A stretch of DNA of 64,000 nucleotides from assembly GCA_964631145.1 (NCBI GenBank), contig CAZVXT010000001.1, forward strand, positions 457,237 through 521,236. Reading direction: 5' to 3'. The translations under genes were made by a program, and so were the position numbers. This document shows, one piece after another, positions 59,485 to 64,000 of the stretch. This DNA is from an uncultured Candidatus Saccharibacteria bacterium (GTDB taxonomy: Bacteria > Patescibacteriota > Doudnabacteria > UBA920). The stretch's first letter is position 1; the number at the start of each line of letters is the position of its first letter. Under the pieces are notes generated by a model. The model was given only the letters and a program-made list of their open reading frames with translations, had not been told where the DNA came from and did not search any database.

Positions 59485-60623
59485 TATCTTAGTTCTGCAG
59501 AAAATACTTCTGCGGTTTTTTTGTATACTTCGTCTTGGATTGGATCTATTTCTGATGCTTCTAATGTTCTTTCATTGCTTCGATATAAAATTCGGTAAGT
59601 ATAGCTCATTCTGTCTGCACCAAATTTCGCATCATTTTCATACTTATCCGTTAACTGAACTTCTTCTACTAGATCTCCCCCAATATCGCGAATTAAATCA
59701 AAATAATCATTTGGTGTAAAGTTTTTTGAAACAATAAATGAAATATCTCGAATTACTGGAGGAAACTTAGAAACCTCTACAAATTTTTGTCCAAGCTTTA
59801 GCTGCTTCTTTACTCTTTCGTCTTCGCTCCAGAGTAGTCGGATGTCAGGTAGTTCCATGCTGATAATTGCTAAGCGTTCTAGACCAAAACCAAAGGCCCA
59901 GCCAGTATATTGCTTTGGATCTAGTCCTAACTTCTCTAACACACTTGTTTGAACAAGTCCTGCTCCAAGAACTTCAATCCATTTACCATCTTTATCAACT
60001 TCCATTTCTAGAGAATCGTACGTGTAAGGGAAGGTGTCGTCATTAAATCTATATTTGATATCTTCACCGAAAATAGTTTTGGCGATTTGTGCTAGAACTT
60101 CTTTAAGTTCATCTTGCTTAACTTCGCCTTGGTTAACCGGTCTAAGATATAGTCCATCCATTTGATGGAAAATATTCATATGATTACGATCGATCTCATC
60201 TTTACGATATACCTTACCGTGGCATAAAACTTTAATCTCTTGGTTATCTTTAATCTTTGCTACTATTTGAGGTTCTCTTAAATAGTAATACCACATTACT
60301 GTTGTGTGTGGGCGAAGAATATAATCTTCATTTATAAAATAGGTATCAGATTTGCTGCGTGCAGGATGATCTGGTGGAAAATTAAACAAGTCAAAGCTCT
60401 GGCTGACCGGGACTATTTCCGGGACATTTGCTATATCAAAACCTTTAAAGATATCTAGTGACTTAATTCTGTTTGCAAGTTCTGCTATTGGACCATCGGA
60501 CTTTCGCGATAAGTCGGACATGTCCAAATAACGCTTAATTCTGATGCTTTCTGCATTGGATTTTGCTTTAACTTCTTGAAGTAAGCTTTCTGTTTCTGGG
60601 GAAGTAATTATAATGTCTGACAT
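59484..60623 (-). CDS. pheS: Monomeric (mitochondrial-type) phenylalanine-tRNA ligase: catalytic domain plus fused FDX-ACB anticodon-binding domain
   Basis: FDLFNFP.DHPARSKSDTY, LRPHTT, GKVYRKDEID..H..IFHQMDG, FPYT, GWAFGFGLERLA; C-terminal VSKFPPV.RDISF...YRS.ERTL. Confidence 0.92.
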   Translation of the reverse strand: MSDIIITSPETESLLQEVKAKSNAESIRIKRYLDMSDLSRKSDGPIAELANRIKSLDIFKGFDIANVPEIVPVSQSFDLFNFPPDHPARSKSDTYFINEDYILRPHTTVMWYYYLREPQIVAKIKDNQEIKVLCHGKVYRKDEIDRNHMNIFHQMDGLYLRPVNQGEVKQDELKEVLAQIAKTIFGEDIKYRFNDDTFPYTYDSLEMEVDKDGKWIEVLGAGLVQTSVLEKLGLDPKQYTGWAFGFGLERLAIISMELPDIRLLWSEDERVKKQLKLGQKFVEVSKFPPVIRDISFIVSKNFTPNDYFDLIRDIGGDLVEEVQLTDKYENDAKFGADRMSYTYRILYRSNERTLEASEIDPIQDEVYKKTAEVFSAELR

Positions 60624-60706
60624 ATATTTTTATCAATTATATAAAGTATATCTAAAAAACGCCTTAAAACACAAGAACCCGCTTTTTGCGGGCCTATGCA
60701 GTTAAA

Positions 60707-61111
60707 TTAAATAATAGCGGATCCTAATTTTGTTGTTTGGGGTAATACCATAATCCCTTTCCCTATTTCTTCACTTTTTCCTAGTTCGAAAGCAGCGCAA
60801 ATCATACCTTGACTTTCTATCCCCCTAATCTTAGCTTTATCTAAAATAAAGCTTTCGTGTTGTTCAGAGTGAATATTTTTTGCTATGCGTGCTCCTGGTA
60901 GTGCCAGAGCAACAATGTCGCCTGCTGAAAAATTTTTTGCTCCGCATACAACTGGGTCATAAGTATTATTTCCGTCTGTTAATTTTACTACAACTAGTCT
61001 GTCTGCATTTGGATGCTTGTTAACCTCCAAAACTTTTGCGGCAATAATTTTGCTATCGCTTGCTGGATGTTGTTTAGAAAATAAATTTTTAAGTCTTTCT
61101 ATTATATTCAT
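60707..61111 (-). CDS. Stand-alone tRNA-binding OB-fold (PheT B2/YtpR-like) protein
   Basis: KHPNADRL, VVCGA.N, ALALPGA, AKIRGIESQGMICA..ELG. Confidence 0.85.
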   Translation of the reverse strand: MNIIERLKNLFSKQHPASDSKIIAAKVLEVNKHPNADRLVVVKLTDGNNTYDPVVCGAKNFSAGDIVALALPGARIAKNIHSEQHESFILDKAKIRGIESQGMICAAFELGKSEEIGKGIMVLPQTTKLGSAII

Positions 61112-61116
61112 AAATT

Positions 61117-62481
61117 TTAAAATTCTTGGCAAGATTCTTGATTACACATATATCCGGTCGTGCCAGCAACTGGTGCTTGTAGGATAGCTTTTATGGTAAA
61201 AGTGGTTGCGTCAGGTCCTAGCTGGTATTGATAATTAATTTTGCTTACCGGATCTTTTGGTAAAGAACTGATGTATTTTGGCACTAAAGATTTTTCTAGA
61301 TTTTGAGCAGTAGGAAAAACATTTAGAGCTGCTGGATCATTTGGATCCATTTGTCCTGCTGCATAAACCACTAAAGCATTGCGGATATTTTCTAAGTCGC
61401 CGCGACGTTGGTCATCGTTAACTTGAGAGCCTTCTTTTTTTGCTGTTGCTTCTGCATCTTTATTTGTGTATTTGATCAATTGTTTTTGTGTCTCGCTGTA
61501 ATAAGATAATATAAAATTATTTTTATCTGTTGATTCGTAATTGTATACGTAAGGTGATTGATTGATTGGATCGTTATAATTAGTTGCTACTGTATTATAA
61601 TTTTTAACTTCATCAGACATTTTGATAAAATCTTTGCCTTGTGGGAAAGTTTTTTTATCTGTTTGGTAAGCGATTAAGGCGTTACCGATTTTCTTGATTG
61701 TTGATTGGCGTTGTGTATCTCTATCGAGTTTGGATTCTGGAGATAAATCTAAATCAGCTGGCAATGGTGGGTTGCTTGGATCTGAAAAGTCGTATAATAC
61801 AAATGAAACTTCCCCTAAGGTTGTTATTGTAGGTTGATGAAGTCCTTTGTCTTTAATTTTTGCTTTAATTTCTACTAATTTATCAGCGGTATAAGGTTGG
61901 TTGGTTGTGATATCGTAACCACCTTGCACAAATTGACTGTCATTATAACTACCATCTCGGTAGGTTCTAGAAATTAATGGATCGGTGTTAAAAATGTTAA
62001 CTTCATCGCCATCTGCTAGTCCGTCATTATCGCTGTCTGCATTATTGGGGTCTGTTGCTTTATTGCTTTCGTCTACATTTATTAAGCCGTCACGATCTGG
62101 GTCAGATTTGTCTCCACAAATAGGTAAATCTGTACATGTTTCTGAGCCAAAGTATTTTTGCAACCATTCTGGGCTTGTGGTTACATCTGCTGTTTGAGTT
62201 TGGTCATTAGAAGTCTGTACATTGTTTGTGGTATCTGTAGACTTCTTTTTTGATAATAATTTATAAGCCAAAAATACTCCCCCACCCATTATTAATAGTA
62301 TTAAAATTACAACTATAATTTTAAATAGGTTTGGATGATTTGCTGGCAAAATTTTTGCACCAACTTTATTAGCAACAGGTGTGACTAATTTTGGCTTTGG
62401 TTTTGGAATGATTTTACCAGGTATTGATTCTGGTAAAACATTAAAAAATTTTGCTTGATTTTTGTTATTGTTTTCTTCCAT
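61117..62481 (-). CDS. Membrane-anchored protein with DxDxDG Ca-binding repeats and two GspG/pseudopilin-like domains
   Basis: TM near aa 53-75; DPDRDGL..DE, DSDNDGLADGDE; RDTQR...IGNAL.AY....FP..DP and DDQRRGDL.NI.NAL..Y...PKYI..LPKDP. Confidence 0.7.
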   Translation of the reverse strand: MEENNNKNQAKFFNVLPESIPGKIIPKPKPKLVTPVANKVGAKILPANHPNLFKIIVVILILLIMGGGVFLAYKLLSKKKSTDTTNNVQTSNDQTQTADVTTSPEWLQKYFGSETCTDLPICGDKSDPDRDGLINVDESNKATDPNNADSDNDGLADGDEVNIFNTDPLISRTYRDGSYNDSQFVQGGYDITTNQPYTADKLVEIKAKIKDKGLHQPTITTLGEVSFVLYDFSDPSNPPLPADLDLSPESKLDRDTQRQSTIKKIGNALIAYQTDKKTFPQGKDFIKMSDEVKNYNTVATNYNDPINQSPYVYNYESTDKNNFILSYYSETQKQLIKYTNKDAEATAKKEGSQVNDDQRRGDLENIRNALVVYAAGQMDPNDPAALNVFPTAQNLEKSLVPKYISSLPKDPVSKINYQYQLGPDATTFTIKAILQAPVAGTTGYMCNQESCQEF

Positions 62482-62484
62482 ATT

Positions 62485-62862
62485 TTAGTTGGCACTTAAA
62501 AATAATTCTATCATCACAACTAATAAAACTGTTGTAAGTGCGCTCCACCAGTTAAATAAATGTAGGCTTGAAAGTAATACGCACCCAGAAATTAATATAC
62601 TGATTAATATTGATTGTCTAAAACTTACTTTAATACTACTTTCGAAAAGTTGTTTTTTAATAATTTTTTGTCTGACTAGCAAATTTACTAGGAAAAAAAT
62701 AGACCATAAGCTTAAAAGCAAAGTTATATAAAATAAACTGATAATAAGTACTGTTGTATGAAAAGGGTCTATATACTTTATGATTGCTACTAATCCGCTG
62801 ATCGAGCTTAACGCAACTAATAAGCTTGCTATATAAACATATCTGTTTTGATGCTGAATCAT
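62485..62862 (-). CDS. Hypothetical 4-TM membrane protein
   Basis: Four hydrophobic helices with IDP and SFRQ motifs, seen in a conserved CPR family (recalled, not searched). Confidence 0.7.
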   Translation of the reverse strand: MIQHQNRYVYIASLLVALSSISGLVAIIKYIDPFHTTVLIISLFYITLLLSLWSIFFLVNLLVRQKIIKKQLFESSIKVSFRQSILISILISGCVLLSSLHLFNWWSALTTVLLVVMIELFLSAN

Positions 62863-62869
62863 GCATTAA

Positions 62870-63280
62870 TTATAACAGTTTTAATCCTTTTTTATCTAGC
62901 CAAGCAATAAATTTTTCTGGTAATGGCATTACTGAAAGTCGAGATTGCTTTACTAGAGCTATATCTGAAAATTGCTTTTCCTGCTTTATTTGCTGTAAAG
63001 AAATTAAAGGCTCGGAAAACTTTTTTAAAAATTTAATTTCTACAAGATAGCTTTTGGGGTTTTTTGGGTCTATACCGATAATTTTACTAACTTGCGCTAA
63101 TCCTTGAATATTTTTATCACTCCCAGAATGGTAAATAAGTACTCTATCTTTTAACTTCATGGATTTAAGATTTTGTACTGCTTGTGCATTATTAACTCCG
63201 TCCCAAATTGTAACTTTGTCTTTTTGAAGATTGTCTATGCTATAGGTACTTGGTTCGGTTTTGGCTAAGAAATAATTCAT
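62870..63280 (-). CDS. EVE domain protein
   Basis: YFLAKTEP..YS, WDGV.N..A, MK..D....YHS, SRLSVMP. Confidence 0.92.
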   Translation of the reverse strand: MNYFLAKTEPSTYSIDNLQKDKVTIWDGVNNAQAVQNLKSMKLKDRVLIYHSGSDKNIQGLAQVSKIIGIDPKNPKSYLVEIKFLKKFSEPLISLQQIKQEKQFSDIALVKQSRLSVMPLPEKFIAWLDKKGLKLL

Positions 63281-63334
63281 AAGTTTATTATAACAAAAAA
63301 GAGTCTAGAAAAAGACTCTATTATATAAAATAAG

Positions 63335-63726
63335 TCACACTCTATCAAAATCATCAGCAATCCTTTGTATATCTGCTTCATCAAACTTTCCGAAAGTAAT
63401 TTCGATAAATTCTAAATTAATAAAAGATATGTTTTTTATACGATGAAGTTGGTTTTGAGCAATAACAACAACTGATCCCTGGTTAACCATTATAGGCTTG
63501 AGATAGTCGATGGTGACCAGTCCGTAACCCCCCGTAACTACCCATGTTTCTTCTCTTAATAAATGTTTTTGCAAAGAAAGTTGCTTATCTGGATAAACAG
63601 TAATTTGCTTTATCACTCCATTGTTTCCACTTTCATTTTGGTATTGACCTATTACTTTAAATTTACCCCACGGCCGTTCTTCTTCTATCTGAGCATTTTT
63701 TGGGTTGATATCATTTAAAAAGCCAT
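63335..63726 (-). pseudogene. Mannose-6-phosphate isomerase type II C-terminal cupin, frameshifted near the start
   Basis: ERPWG, KQITV.P..LSLQKH..R.ETWVV, HRI.N, E.DI.R..DDF.R; the GGAGG-led ATG at 63726 reads ATG GCT TTT TAA, one T short of the cupin frame. Confidence 0.7.
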
Positions 63727-63757
63727 AACTTACCTCCTTTAAGTTATGGCTAGTTTA

Positions 63758-64000
63758 CTACTTTTTTAAGTATCTTACAATTAAAGTTTTTAGATAAGGA
63801 CTGATTGAAATTAATATAATAACTCCGGCAATTGGAATAATGTATTTGTCTATATGCTCAACTTTTGTACCTAAGTAGTAACCTAAACCTGTAATGCTTA
63901 CCACCCATAATATTGCTCCAACTATGTTATAGGTTAAAAATTGATAATAGTTCATTTTGCCCACACCAGCTATTGTAGGCGCGAATGTTCTGATCACTGG
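63758..64000 (-). CDS. DedA family membrane protein (3' part, truncated by window edge)
   Basis: PVIRTFAP..AG.G.M.Y..F..YNI.GA.LW....GY.LG. Confidence 0.9.
   Translation of the reverse strand, partial: PVIRTFAPTIAGVGKMNYYQFLTYNIVGAILWVVSITGLGYYLGTKVEHIDKYIIPIAGVIILISISPYLKTLIVRYLKK

Noticed and set aside
57563-59486. Classical integron or prophage remnant
   Set aside because: No tyrosine recombinase, no attC with RYYYAAC...GTTRRRY and extrahelical bases verified, and no phage genes; cassettes carry their own promoters.

Overview
AT-rich bacterial chromosome segment, translation table 11 (TGA is used as stop). The gene content points to a Patescibacteria/CPR (Parcubacteria- or Doudnabacteria-like) genome: compact ribosomal operons, TrbC/VirB2-like pilins, VLG-motif surface proteins and PsbP-like secreted proteins. 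This taxonomy is inferred. Core genes: rpsM(3')-rpsK-rpsD-rpoA-rplQ-rplM-rpsI, HU, mltG, def/fmt, gltX, iscS, rpmA, pyrG, rplI, ftsEX, prfB, folA-thyA-tmk-dcd, rplA, rplK, nusG, secE, gyrB and PheRS. The strongest candidate for an undescribed system is 9093-16513: an operon encoding a tyrosine-ammonia-lyase-like MIO enzyme, an adenylate-forming aryl-acid ligase, an Rv1355c-like ThiF enzyme, a nitroreductase and a 7TM histidine kinase, with a divergent receiver protein. It looks like a signal-synthase plus receptor circuit, possibly making a coumaroyl/oxazolone-type molecule. Other notable items: pilin-anchored peptidoglycan hydrolases with a shared N-terminus and different catalytic domains; self-contained orphan gene cassettes with a shared promoter/GGAGG module among largely leaderless native genes; a mitochondrial-type monomeric PheRS; a sortase with Ser in place of the catalytic Cys; covarying long hairpin repeats in ribosomal operon spacers; an ECF sigma factor with a nearby frameshifted zf-HC2 gene. 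No rRNA, tRNA, CRISPR array, transposase or integrase was recognised.
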